A stretch of DNA of 64,000 nucleotides from Deltaproteobacteria bacterium (GTDB lineage: Bacteria > Desulfobacterota > Deferrisomatia > Deferrisomatales > BM512): NCBI GenBank assembly GCA_002869015.1, contig PKTT01000031.1, forward strand, positions 95-64,094. The letters are read 5' to 3'. Numbering within the stretch: position 1 is the stretch's first letter; every line of letters begins with the position of its first letter. The notes beneath the pieces are model-generated. The model worked only from the letters and a program-made list of their open reading frames with translations. It searched no databases and was not told the DNA's origin. Below are positions 1 to 9,419 of the stretch, piece by piece. A program made the translations under genes and the position numbers.

Positions 1-891
1 GAATGATATCAGCGAGATGAGAAATCCGCCTATCACCATAATCGCGGATTTCATGGCGAACTCGCCGCTTAGCTCCCCCATTCCCCGGCCCGCCGCTATT
101 ACCCCTGCGGCCAAGACCAATATGTAGAGCGAAAAGCGCAGCTCCCAAAGCTTTGGCGGGGCGGGCCGTCCCTCCTCTGCCCGCGCCATCTCCTCGGGCA
201 CGCGAAGCACTACGTAAAAGAAGAGCTGTGCTATCGTCCACACGGCGGCGATGGAAAAGATGCAGTCAGTTATCCAGTGGGCGTAGGACATCGTTCGCGC
301 AAGCGCCATCATCGCCGCATAGGTGAGAATCGGCAGCGCCAGCAAAATGCGCCTAAACCCTCCCCTGCCCGCCCGTACGCTCCCCGTGGAGTATATGTAA
401 AGGAGGCAGATGAGGCACATCACAGAGGCGGTGTGCCCGCTTGGAAAGCTGCCGTGGTAAAAGCTCTTGGTTATAGCCTGCGGCCCCACCTCGAACCAGT
501 TTGTGAAGGGCAGTCCCGCGTCGCCGAAGACCAGCCTTGGCCGCGCGCGCCCCACGAAAAATTTGAGGAGCCTCACCATTACCAGGGCGCCGGTAAGGCT
601 GGTTGCGAGGATAAAGCCGTAGAAGGGCCTCCACCTCTTTAAAGCCGCCGTTGCTTTGGGCAAATTGGCAAGGAGGTAGAGGAGGAGCGCCATCACGATA
701 AAGAGCGTCACCGGATCTCCGCCGCCGGGGGGATCGCCCTCAAAGATCGTCTGCGCCATAAACTCCCTGAAGCCGACGAGGGAGTGCGCTCTAAGATAGT
801 TTGTTATCTCTATATCGTAGGGGGTGAGCACCGCCATCAGCGGCACAAAAAAAGCTATTAGCCCGTAGAAGCCCTTTTTAAAGGAGCTCAT
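1..891 (-). CDS. PAP2-family membrane phosphatase; the 3' end runs off the left edge of the window
   Basis: Not in the ORF track because there is no stop inside the window. Hand translation of the reverse strand from the ATG at 891..889 is open for 297 codons to position 1 (MSSFKKGFYGLIAFFVPLM...). It contains the PAP2 motifs K-x6-RP (KFFVGRARP), PSGH (SFPSGHT) and SR-x5-H-x3-D-like (ARTMSYAHWITD), plus several hydrophobic helices. Confidence 0.75.
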   Translation of the reverse strand, partial: MSSFKKGFYGLIAFFVPLMAVLTPYDIEITNYLRAHSLVGFREFMAQTIFEGDPPGGGDPVTLFIVMALLLYLLANLPKATAALKRWRPFYGFILATSLTGALVMVRLLKFFVGRARPRLVFGDAGLPFTNWFEVGPQAITKSFYHGSFPSGHTASVMCLICLLYIYSTGSVRAGRGGFRRILLALPILTYAAMMALARTMSYAHWITDCIFSIAAVWTIAQLFFYVVLRVPEEMARAEEGRPAPPKLWELRFSLYILVLAAGVIAAGRGMGELSGEFAMKSAIMVIGGFLISLISF

Positions 892-921
892 ATCATTCTT
901 TCTCCGCCTCTTTGGCGGCGG

Positions 922-1581
922 TCAGCCCAGCCTCTCAATAAGCTCCGGGCGATCGTTCCTGACGTTACCCACCGCGCGTGAGACGGGCCAACACTCCATC
1001 AATCCTTCTGGAAATGGTATGCCGATAGCCTCCTCCACATCGCCGGGGTGCTCTACATCCAGCCACTCGGAGTAATAATCCTCCGGGAGAATGACAGGCA
1101 TCCGTGCATGGACCGGCGACATCAACCCGTTTGCCTCACCTACCAGGATGGTGGAGCTTTGAAGAACCCCCTCTGGCCCCTCCCACCTATCCCAAAGCCC
1201 GGCGAGGGCAAGCGCTTCTCCACCAACTCCGGTGAAGTACCAGGGCTGCTTAAAGCCATCTCTTTGCTGCCACTCGTAAAAGCCAGAGACCGGGATTATG
1301 CAACGCCGCCTTTTAAAGGCGTCCCGAAAGGCGGGTTTCGCGCCGGCGGTCTCCACCCTTGCGTTGAAGGTGGAGAACTTGCTCCTCGGCTCCTTCGACC
1401 AATGTGGCACCAGCCCCCACCTCATATAGGAGAGGACCGGCTGGCCGCCGTCGAGCGAGATCACTGGTATATCGCTCCCAGGGGCGATATTGTAGCTCAC
1501 CCTGACCTCGGGGAACCCGGCGCCCAAGGCCGCCTCAATCTTCCCGAAGCGAGGGGCCGCGATAGCAAATCTCCCGCACAT
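922..1581 (-). CDS. yedK: SOS response-associated peptidase (SRAP/YedK), an abasic-site processing protein
   Basis: The ORF contains MCGRFAI... I placed the start at the ATG at 1581 so that the catalytic Cys is residue 2, as in SRAP proteins. Typical YNIAPG, RWGLVP, FNARVET and SGFYEW motifs are present. Confidence 0.85.
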   Translation of the reverse strand: MCGRFAIAAPRFGKIEAALGAGFPEVRVSYNIAPGSDIPVISLDGGQPVLSYMRWGLVPHWSKEPRSKFSTFNARVETAGAKPAFRDAFKRRRCIIPVSGFYEWQQRDGFKQPWYFTGVGGEALALAGLWDRWEGPEGVLQSSTILVGEANGLMSPVHARMPVILPEDYYSEWLDVEHPGDVEEAIGIPFPEGLMECWPVSRAVGNVRNDRPELIERLG

Positions 1582-1694
1582 TAAACACCTCCCACCGTGG
1601 AGGTTATCCTCCACGCCGCCCGGCGGCAAGGGGCGAGATACTTTTTCGCCCCCACCTCCAATTAAGCGGTTGACTGGGCCGTGGCGGACGATTA

Positions 1695-1722
1695 CCTTTA
1701 GAGTACATTTGTACTCTAAAGG
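1695..1722. promoter_or_regulatory. Perfect 13-2-13 inverted repeat (CCTTTAGAGTACA-TT-TGTACTCTAAAGG); candidate SOS-type operator between divergent yedK and umuD-like/umuC
   Basis: The palindrome was read directly. It ends 7 nt before the ATG at 1729 and overlaps the AAGGTGG ribosome-binding site. Its core, AGTAC-ATT-TGTACT, resembles GTAC-type and GAAC-N4-GTTC-type LexA boxes. A TTGACT at 1670..1675 could be a -35 element. Confidence 0.5.
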
Positions 1723-1728
1723 TGGCTA

Positions 1729-2379
1729 ATGGTCAAATACTCCAAAGATTCGGAATACCTCTCGCTGCTGCGCGAATATTACTCCAAATGGCGCTCCATG
1801 CCCTCCTACAACAAGCTCTGCGAGGTGCTTGGCCTCGCCTCGCGCTCCGCCGTCGCGAAGGTTTTAAACCGCCTCCGGGCGGAGGGGTATTTATCCCGCA
1901 CCCCCGACGGCGTATGGGTGCCGGACAAGCTCTTCTTCGCCTCCCCGCGAGCGCCCGCCCCCTCCTTCATCGGCGCGGCCGGGGGGAGCGCCGGGGGCAG
2001 ATGGCCCCTCTTCGCCCACGGAGTAAAGGCCGGCTTTCCCTCCCCCGCCGACGATTATCTTGAGGGGAGGATAAGCCTCGACGAGTATCTAATCCGCAAC
2101 AAGGAGGCGACCTTCTTCCTCAGGGTGGAGGGCGACTCGATGGAGGGAGAGGGCATCTTCGACGGCGACATCCTAGTAGTAGACAAATCACTCACCCCGG
2201 AGCATGGCAGCGTGGTCATCGCGGTCCTTGAGGGGGAGTTCACGGTGAAGCAGTTCATTCGGTCAGGCGGCGGGGTGCTGCTTCGCGCGGCAAACCCCAA
2301 ATACGCCGACATAATGGTCGGCGACGAGCAGGCGCTTGAGGTGTGGGGGGTCGTGCGCTGGGCGATCCACAAGGTATGA
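1729..2379 (+). CDS. umuD: S24 peptidase with a LexA-like N-terminal wHTH fused to a UmuD-type C-terminal domain
   Basis: The C-terminal half aligns by eye to E. coli UmuD ([11 protein letters not shown]..., GDSM, GDILVVD, EFTVK). An Ala-Gly cleavage site and the Ser/Lys dyad context are present. The N-terminus ([33 protein letters not shown]) looks like the LexA DNA-binding domain. An ATGA overlap links it to the next gene. Confidence 0.8.
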   Translation: MVKYSKDSEYLSLLREYYSKWRSMPSYNKLCEVLGLASRSAVAKVLNRLRAEGYLSRTPDGVWVPDKLFFASPRAPAPSFIGAAGGSAGGRWPLFAHGVKAGFPSPADDYLEGRISLDEYLIRNKEATFFLRVEGDSMEGEGIFDGDILVVDKSLTPEHGSVVIAVLEGEFTVKQFIRSGGGVLLRAANPKYADIMVGDEQALEVWGVVRWAIHKV

Positions 2380-3668
2380 GTGTGCCTAAAAGGGCGATCG
2401 CCCTCGTGGACTGCAACAGCTTCTACGCCTCCTGCGAGCGCCTCTTCAGACCGAACCTAAAGGAGCGCCCCGTGGTCGTCCTCTCAAACAACGACGGCTG
2501 CATCGTAGCGCGCTCCCCGGAGGTAAAGGCGCTCGGCATACCCAACGGCTCCCCCTGGTTCAAGGCTAAGGCGCTCGCCGAGCGCCACGGCGTAGTCGCC
2601 TTCTCCTCCAACTACACCCTCTACGCCGACCTCTCCAACCGGGTGATGTCGCTGCTCTCCACCTTCAGCCCCGAGCAGGAGGTCTACTCCATAGACGAGT
2701 GTTTTCTGGACCTGACGGGCATAAAGGCAGCGGACCTCACGGAATATGGCCGCACCATCAAAGAGCGGGTTAAGAGAGATATAGGCCTGCCGGTCTGCGT
2801 CGGCATAGGCGCATCGAAGACCCTCTCAAAGCTCGCCAACCACATAGCAAAGAAGAACCCCGCCCTGGGCGGCGTGATGAACCTTAACGCCCTTGCCGAA
2901 GGTGAGGTTGACGAGCTTTTAGCGCTCCTCCCCGTCGACGATGTATGGGGCGTGGGTAGCCGCATCGCCGGGAGGTTAAGGAGGCTCGGAATAAAGAGCG
3001 CCCTCGACCTAAAGCGAGCGAGGTCGGAGGAGGTGCGCGCGCTCACCAGCGTCGTCACGGGGCGCACTGTGGCGGAGCTTAACGGTATTGAGTGCATCTC
3101 GCTGGAGGAGGTCCTGCCGAGAAAGAAGCAGATAATGTGCTCCCGTTCCTTCTCCAGGAGGGTCGGCGGCCTCCCCGAGCTTGAGGAGTCGGTGGTCCAG
3201 TACATGACGCGGGCGGCGGAGAAGCTGCGGGCAGAGGGCTCTTTGGCGAAGCTCGTCCATGTCTACCTTCGGACCAACCGCTTCAAAAGGGATGAACCGC
3301 AATATAAGCCGGGGGTGACAGTGCCCCTGGCGAACCACAGCGACGATACTATCCTCCTCGTCAGGGCGGCGCTCTTCGGGCTGAGGCGCATCTACCGCCC
3401 CGGCTTCCTCTTCCAGAAAGCCGGGGTCATGCTCTCGGAGCTTGTCGCAAGGGATGAGCGCCAGCCGACCCTCTTCAACGATGGTGAAGCGATCGCGCGC
3501 TCCAGGAGCCTGATGGAGGCGCTGGACGCTGTGAACACTCTCATGGGGAGCGGCACGGTGCGCCTCCTCGGCGAGGGCATCGATAAGGGGTGGGATATGA
3601 AGCGCGGGCTCCTCAGCCCCCGCTACACGACGCGGATGGAGGATATACCAATCGCCAAGGCGATATAA
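2376..3668 (+). CDS. umuC: Y-family translesion DNA polymerase, UmuC-like
   Basis: [28 protein letters not shown]...[15 protein letters not shown] is the canonical UmuC/ImpB N-terminus. I placed the start at the ATG at 2376, which overlaps the umuD-like stop (ATGA). Confidence 0.9.
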   Translation: MSVPKRAIALVDCNSFYASCERLFRPNLKERPVVVLSNNDGCIVARSPEVKALGIPNGSPWFKAKALAERHGVVAFSSNYTLYADLSNRVMSLLSTFSPEQEVYSIDECFLDLTGIKAADLTEYGRTIKERVKRDIGLPVCVGIGASKTLSKLANHIAKKNPALGGVMNLNALAEGEVDELLALLPVDDVWGVGSRIAGRLRRLGIKSALDLKRARSEEVRALTSVVTGRTVAELNGIECISLEEVLPRKKQIMCSRSFSRRVGGLPELEESVVQYMTRAAEKLRAEGSLAKLVHVYLRTNRFKRDEPQYKPGVTVPLANHSDDTILLVRAALFGLRRIYRPGFLFQKAGVMLSELVARDERQPTLFNDGEAIARSRSLMEALDAVNTLMGSGTVRLLGEGIDKGWDMKRGLLSPRYTTRMEDIPIAKAI

Positions 3669-3684
3669 CGCTAATGCGCTGGTG

Positions 3685-4458
3685 TTAAAGCGCCGCCAAA
3701 AAATCCTTAAGGGCCTCATTTACCGGCCCCGGCGCTTCGAGGGGGAGGAGGTGGCCCGCCTCGGGGATAAGGGCCAACTTGGCGTCCGGTATCTTCTCTT
3801 TCAAGAATTCACCATACTTGGGCGGGGTCAGCTTATCCTCAAGGGCGGAGAGCACCAGCACAGGCTTATTAATCTCTCCAAGGCGGGAGGTTACGTCGAA
3901 GGCGTCGCAAGCGCGAAAATCACCGGCGGTCACCTTTGGTGGGGTCGCCTCCATTACAGTGACCACAGAGGCAAGGGCCTCGTGGGCGCTCGCCGGGGCC
4001 GCAGCCAGTGGTAGTATGCCCCTTGCAAAGGCAGCGTAGTCTTTATCTATCGCATCGAAAATTTTCGGCGAAACCCTGAGGCGGGCGCCTGTACTCACAA
4101 GCACCGCTTTAAAGAGCTCCTCCGGATAATCGAGGAGCAGCTGAAGGACTATTGCGCCGCCTATGCTTAATCCACAGGGCACAGGCATGGGTAGCTGTGC
4201 AGCGCGGATGAACCCGGCAACTTTAGCTGCGTATTCAGATATAGACTTAGATGGTGGTGATGAACTGGCGCCGTGGCCGGGAAGGTCCAGCGCGACGACA
4301 TTGAAGCTGCCGCAGAGGCCCTTAAGCTGCTCGGACCAGAGAGAGTGGTCGCCGCCGGAGCCGTGGATAAAGAGGAGGGTCGGCGCGTCCTCAGCCAGAG
4401 GCCATCCACCGGCCACAAAGCTGATGCCATTTATCTCCCCCGAGTAAAATCGCTCCAT
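3685..4458 (-). CDS. Alpha/beta-fold hydrolase
   Basis: Contains the HGSGG oxyanion motif, the nucleophile elbow GLSIGG, and a C-terminal GH near the end. The length of 257 aa fits the family. Confidence 0.8.
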   Translation of the reverse strand: MERFYSGEINGISFVAGGWPLAEDAPTLLFIHGSGGDHSLWSEQLKGLCGSFNVVALDLPGHGASSSPPSKSISEYAAKVAGFIRAAQLPMPVPCGLSIGGAIVLQLLLDYPEELFKAVLVSTGARLRVSPKIFDAIDKDYAAFARGILPLAAAPASAHEALASVVTVMEATPPKVTAGDFRACDAFDVTSRLGEINKPVLVLSALEDKLTPPKYGEFLKEKIPDAKLALIPEAGHLLPLEAPGPVNEALKDFLAAL

Positions 4459-4493
4459 CTAATCTGCCTAAATGGTGAGGGCAATCCCCCGAT

Positions 4494-5792
4494 TTACTCC
4501 CAGGGGTCCGCCGGCGGCTCACCACCCTCAATTACACCGACGATGGTTGGCGAACCAGGAAGTGATAGGTCCGCGATCTCGCCCCCCTCCCCTATCTCGA
4601 CCAGCGGCTGGAGGACGTCATACTCGCCCTCCGCGAGGATAGTCGCCTCCTTTCCGTCGTTCAAAACGAGCTTTGCGCCGGGGTAAAAAAGTCCGAGGGT
4701 CCGTGCAAAGATGGAGACAAAGACGGGGTGGAGCCTGTTGGCGGCGGCTTCCTTAAGCAGAATGGACATCGCCGCGTGCTGATCCATCGCGTTTTTCTGG
4801 TAGGGGCGAACAGTGCGCACGGCGTCGTATGTATCGGCTACGGCGACCATCATCGCCGCAGGGTGGGGCGGCTGGGAGACCTTCAGCGCAGGGTATCCCG
4901 TGCCATCCATGCGCATATGGTGCTGGAAGGCTATGACCGCTACAAGGGGCGAAATGCTCTCTTCCATTTGTAGTATGTGGGCCGCGCCGTCGACGGGGTG
5001 GCGATTCATTATCTCGCGCTCCTCGTCATTGAGTTTGCCGGGCTTTCTAAGAATCTCGTAAGAGATCCTGGTCTTTCCGAGGTCGTGGCAAAGGGCGCCT
5101 ATACCTATCGAATCAAGAAGTTTTTCCGGCAGGTCCATACGCCGCGCGATGCCCAGCGAGAGGGCGGAGACATTAAGCGCATGGGTGAAGGTGTATTGGT
5201 CGTAGTCCTTCATCTCAAGGATGGGGCTGAAGAGGTCTTCACCGGCGACGATATGGCTTGTGATGAGGCGAGTCACCTCACGCGCCCTCATCCATGATCC
5301 CCTTCTTCCGTTGGCGATCTCATCCATCATCTCCTGAACCATGGGCAGGATGCCGAGATAACCTGCGGCTACATTGTTGTCCTCTCCATCCCCACCCTCT
5401 TCGACTATCTGTATGCTTCCGGCGATGAAGCCGACGGTGATGTATGAGCCCGGCTCGCCCTTTGCGATGTGGTCCAAAACCTCGATAAGTCCCGCTACGC
5501 CGAGTTTTGGGTCAAACTTCATCGACTCCCATTCCAGAGTCGAAAATGAGCTTAAAATCTTATTAAGCTGCGTCGGCACCGGGTAGAGGACATCCTCCTC
5601 AACGACGACATCTTCGTCGACCAGTGTGAGCCTTATCGGCTCCCCGAACTCGCGCATTATCTCAGCGCATCGGGCCGCAGCGTCCTGCACGTGCCTTGTA
5701 CCCGGCGGGTACATGCGGTACGCCTGGAAGAGCTTACCCAGCTGTATTACGAACTGCTTGGGTAGCTCGCGTTTTTTATCGGTTGCACTCAA
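4494..5792 (-). CDS. HD-GYP domain protein (putative c-di-GMP phosphodiesterase) with an uncharacterised N-terminal domain
   Basis: Contains H...HDLGK...HHMRMDGTGYPA motifs. The start appears to be a TTG overlapping the upstream stop (TTGA). Confidence 0.85.
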   Translation of the reverse strand: MSATDKKRELPKQFVIQLGKLFQAYRMYPPGTRHVQDAAARCAEIMREFGEPIRLTLVDEDVVVEEDVLYPVPTQLNKILSSFSTLEWESMKFDPKLGVAGLIEVLDHIAKGEPGSYITVGFIAGSIQIVEEGGDGEDNNVAAGYLGILPMVQEMMDEIANGRRGSWMRAREVTRLITSHIVAGEDLFSPILEMKDYDQYTFTHALNVSALSLGIARRMDLPEKLLDSIGIGALCHDLGKTRISYEILRKPGKLNDEEREIMNRHPVDGAAHILQMEESISPLVAVIAFQHHMRMDGTGYPALKVSQPPHPAAMMVAVADTYDAVRTVRPYQKNAMDQHAAMSILLKEAAANRLHPVFVSIFARTLGLFYPGAKLVLNDGKEATILAEGEYDVLQPLVEIGEGGEIADLSLPGSPTIVGVIEGGEPPADPWE

Positions 5793-7585
5793 ATTTTCAA
5801 CCTGTCGTAGACCCGCTTGGCAAGTTGCCGCTCCTCAACCACGCGGGTTATATCGCCTGCGAAGTTAAATAGTGCCTTTTTGCCCCGCTCTCCCATGAAA
5901 GGCAGCGCCCTCAAGGCCTCCTTTCTTACCTGGGGCTTTTCATGGTCGAGCTGGCTTATGATAAAGGGGAGTGCTCGCTCATCACCCATCCTCCCAAGAA
6001 TGATCAACGCATTTCTAAGAAAATACCATATCGACCCGCGGGCGCGCTGCACAAGTACCGGTGCGTAGCGGGGTGAGAAGTGGCAAAGCATCTCCACGAC
6101 AAAGCGGCGTATCTTCATCCGCTCCTCTGTAAGCAGCAGCTTGAAAGCGGCCTCTATTACCTCATTTTGATGGTGCGCCGCAAAACGGACAAGGCGGCCG
6201 CGAACCTGAGCGGAGTAGTCGGAGACATCTGGCAGCGCTTTGTCAAAGAGCACCTTGAAGACATCATCGCGGTTTTCTAGGGCCTCCGGGCAAGAGGCTT
6301 CTATCGATTCAAGGAACCCCAGGACCCCTACCCCATCCAGCTCCTCCAGCCGCGCCACAATACGGTCGCCGAGGAGCGATTGGCCGTTTTCCGTTTCTAT
6401 CTGCGCGAGGGTGAAGTAGACGTTGTCTATGTGCGGCTCCAGGTCCTCATACATGCCGAAGGAGACCGATTTCTCCCCCTCAATCCTCATCCTGGACGCC
6501 ATCCTGTCAAGGGTGGATTTGTACCCCTCGCCCATGTAGAGGTTTTCGTCATAGTTGAATAAAAAGGACTCAATCCACTCCCACACCTCGCGGGGGTGCC
6601 CGCTGGCAGCAGCATCCAGCTTGTTGTGTGAGGCCATGGAGGCCATGGAGATCATAGCGTCAGGGGGCAGAAACGCTTTTGTGAAAGCGGCCATTCTGCC
6701 TGTCTTGTCTCCGCCTAGCGAGACCAGGTGCGCCATCAGATCCGCGACCTTCTCCCCCTCCACCTTTTCCATCAAGGCGGAGATTGTCTCGCCTGTGCCG
6801 GAGGCGTCTGAGACGAAGACATCAACGAGGCGTGCCAGGTCGGAAGCCTCCAGGGACTCACCGACCCTGGCTAGGTGCTCCAGCACCTCAGTACGGCGCT
6901 CATCGGGCACCAGGCGTATCGCCCTGTCAATCATTGAGCCCATGCGCTCCATGACCTGCGCGAGATTTCTAACCTGCTCCTCTTTATTGTCGCCCACCAG
7001 GACAGCGTTCCAAAACTCCTCGGAGGAGAGAACCCGCGCCATATCCTTCGGGCTCCCAGATTCACCCTGTAGCCAGAGCCAAATCTGCTGGCTGCGGCGA
7101 AAGGCGTCATCCTCTTCGGAGGAGACGCCATCTGTGGAGAGGTGCTGGTGGAGTTCGCCAAGGTCGAGCGGCTCAAGGGTTATGGTGGAGATATCCTCAG
7201 CCTCGAAGCTCTCTACAAGTGCATTTCCTACAAGCTCTCTGTCTGCTATGACATTGGCAAAGGAGTAGAGGTGGCTCTCTTTAAGTTGAGGCGAAAGGGT
7301 AAGGCGTGATAACTGCCGTGCATGGAGGAGGCGCGCGAGCACTTCTGCGCGGCTGTCTTTGCCGCCGAAGAATTCGCCGTAGATGATTAGCTCGTTTGAG
7401 GTTATGCCTATGGAGAGGGGTTCTTCTTCCTCAGAGACCCAATCCACGACCTGATCGGCCATGTTGGCCATCTGGGGGTGACCGGTAGGATAGATCGAGA
7501 CGGTCTTCACCAAAAGGAGCATATCTTTGGCGAAGCTCTCTACCCTTCCTCTTAGCGTTTCGGAGATCTCTATCTCCCCGGTCAT
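5789..7585 (-). CDS. Large uncharacterised protein with C-terminal HEAT-like repeats, co-operonic with the HD-GYP gene
   Basis: A 598-aa ORF that overlaps the HD-GYP gene by 4 nt. The C-terminus (LGRMGDERALPFIISQLDHEKPQVRKEALRALPFMG) is HEAT/PBS-lyase-like. The N-terminus shares a YP-x-GHP-type module with the HD-GYP protein. Confidence 0.6.
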   Translation of the reverse strand: MTGEIEISETLRGRVESFAKDMLLLVKTVSIYPTGHPQMANMADQVVDWVSEEEEPLSIGITSNELIIYGEFFGGKDSRAEVLARLLHARQLSRLTLSPQLKESHLYSFANVIADRELVGNALVESFEAEDISTITLEPLDLGELHQHLSTDGVSSEEDDAFRRSQQIWLWLQGESGSPKDMARVLSSEEFWNAVLVGDNKEEQVRNLAQVMERMGSMIDRAIRLVPDERRTEVLEHLARVGESLEASDLARLVDVFVSDASGTGETISALMEKVEGEKVADLMAHLVSLGGDKTGRMAAFTKAFLPPDAMISMASMASHNKLDAAASGHPREVWEWIESFLFNYDENLYMGEGYKSTLDRMASRMRIEGEKSVSFGMYEDLEPHIDNVYFTLAQIETENGQSLLGDRIVARLEELDGVGVLGFLESIEASCPEALENRDDVFKVLFDKALPDVSDYSAQVRGRLVRFAAHHQNEVIEAAFKLLLTEERMKIRRFVVEMLCHFSPRYAPVLVQRARGSIWYFLRNALIILGRMGDERALPFIISQLDHEKPQVRKEALRALPFMGERGKKALFNFAGDITRVVEERQLAKRVYDRLKI

Positions 7586-7609
7586 CGAATCTCCCCTCTT
7601 CGATTCCCT

Positions 7610-8203
7610 TTAAAAAGTTCCTCGTCCATCAATGGCGCGGCCCAAAGTCAGCGAATCGGCATATTCAAGGTCACCCCCCATCGGCACTCCGCGGGCGATG
7701 CGAGTTACCGCCGCGCCGGTCCCCTCCAAAAGTCTCTTTATATAGAGGGCGGTGGCTTCACCATCGACGTTTGGGTTCGTTGCAAGTATAACCTCCCTCA
7801 CCCCCAGATTGCGAACACGATCTTTTATATCGGGAATATTTAGTGAAGAGGGTCCGACGCCGTCCATCGGCGATAGCCGCCCGCCGAGAACATGATATAA
7901 ACCGTTGAAGTTTCCAGAATTTTCTATCGAAATCAGGCTGACCTGATCCTCGACTATGCAGAGGAGCGTCCTATCGCGGCGTGGCGAAGCGCATATCGCG
8001 CAGGGTGAATCCTCGGTAAGCTGGTGGCACTCTTTACAAGGCACTATCCTCTCCTTCACCTCGGTCAATGCATGGGCGAGGTTCTCGGCGCGCTCCGGCG
8101 GCGCCGTAAGGATGTGCAGCGCCAGCCTCGTAGCGGTCTTTTCACCGACTCCGGGAAGCTTCCTGAGCTCCCGTATCAGGTTTTTAATGGGTCGTGCCAG
8201 CAT
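7610..8203 (-). CDS. recR: Recombination protein RecR
   Basis: Contains the HhH motif (LPGVGEKTATRLALH), a C4 zinc finger (CKEC...CAIC) and a Toprim segment. The length is 197 aa. Confidence 0.95.
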   Translation of the reverse strand: MLARPIKNLIRELRKLPGVGEKTATRLALHILTAPPERAENLAHALTEVKERIVPCKECHQLTEDSPCAICASPRRDRTLLCIVEDQVSLISIENSGNFNGLYHVLGGRLSPMDGVGPSSLNIPDIKDRVRNLGVREVILATNPNVDGEATALYIKRLLEGTGAAVTRIARGVPMGGDLEYADSLTLGRAIDGRGTF

Positions 8204-8320
8204 TTAAAGGCTCCATATCTTTCGTGGTAAATAAAAGGATTCCTTGACCACCCGGAGGCATTCGGGGTTATCCTCTTCTTCAATATTATTTTACCTTGAA
8301 AAGGGGTGCGTGAGTCAAAG

Positions 8321-9415
8321 ATGAGCAGTTCCCGCCTCAAAAAATTTATCCTCGAGAAAATAGCTGAAGAGGGCCCGATAACATTCGAGCGTTACATAAA
8401 CTATTCTCTCTATCACCATGAATTTGGTTACTATTCTTCCGGCAAAGTGTCAATCGGTAGGGAGCGCGCCGACTTTATCACCTCTCCCCATGTATCAAAG
8501 ATTTTTTCCCGCTGCCTCTCAAACTTTATCATCCTTGCCGATAAGTCACTTGGCTCTCCCGAGAAGCTCTGGGTTGTTGAGGGTGGCCCCGGTGAGGGAG
8601 AGCTGGCCAGCACCATCCTGGACACTTTAATGATACGCGCGCCGGAAACGTACGGTCGTATCAGCTACGTGACTGAGGAGGCCAGCCCCGCCCTTACGGG
8701 GAGGCAGGAAAAGCTTCTCGCGCCGCACGCTAAGAGGCTTTGCAAGGAAGCGCCGGATAACTACGAGGGGGTATATCTCTCAAACGAGCTTGTCGATGCG
8801 TTCCCCTTCAACATATTTATAAGCAGGGAGGGGGTGGTGTCGGAGCTCTACGTGGGGGAGGAGGGAGGAGCGCTTGTAGAAATGGAGGGCGCTGTCAAGT
8901 CACCACTTCCTGAGGGCTTCCTTCACGGCAGCGGGAACTTCCGCTTCGAGCACTCTCCGGAGGCTGCGAATTGGCTAAAGCGCACAGCGAAAAAGCTGGG
9001 GCGAGGTTATCTCCTGACAATCGACTACGGGGATGAGAGAGCGCGTCTCTTCGGACCCCATAAAGAGGGGGGCACCGCCCGTGGCTACTCAAAGCACAGG
9101 CATATTGAGAGCATATTGGAAGCGCCCGGTGAGTGCGACCTTACCCGCTCAGTGGACTTCACGGAGCTGATTGACCTTGGCGATGAGTTGGGGCTCTCCT
9201 CCGAGCCGCTCTTTAATCAGCGCGAGCTCCTCTACAGCCTCGGGATGGTCGAAGAGGTTGCGCTAATAGAGGAGGAGTGCGCGGATGAGGTGGAGGCGCT
9301 CGCGAGAAGGCACGAACTCGCCCCGCTCCTCATGGGCGGCGTTGGAATGGGGGAGACCTTTAAGGGGCTCCTACAGGTAAAGGAAGCCCCCGCCGGTCTA
9401 TTAAAGAGGCTCTAA
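8321..9415 (+). CDS. MidA/NDUFAF7-family (DUF185) SAM-dependent methyltransferase
   Basis: ITFERYINYSLYHHEFGYYSSG...DFITSPHVSKIF is typical of this family. I preferred the ATG at 8321 to the GTG at 8306. Confidence 0.8.
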   Translation: MSSSRLKKFILEKIAEEGPITFERYINYSLYHHEFGYYSSGKVSIGRERADFITSPHVSKIFSRCLSNFIILADKSLGSPEKLWVVEGGPGEGELASTILDTLMIRAPETYGRISYVTEEASPALTGRQEKLLAPHAKRLCKEAPDNYEGVYLSNELVDAFPFNIFISREGVVSELYVGEEGGALVEMEGAVKSPLPEGFLHGSGNFRFEHSPEAANWLKRTAKKLGRGYLLTIDYGDERARLFGPHKEGGTARGYSKHRHIESILEAPGECDLTRSVDFTELIDLGDELGLSSEPLFNQRELLYSLGMVEEVALIEEECADEVEALARRHELAPLLMGGVGMGETFKGLLQVKEAPAGLLKRL

Positions 9416-9419
9416 GACC

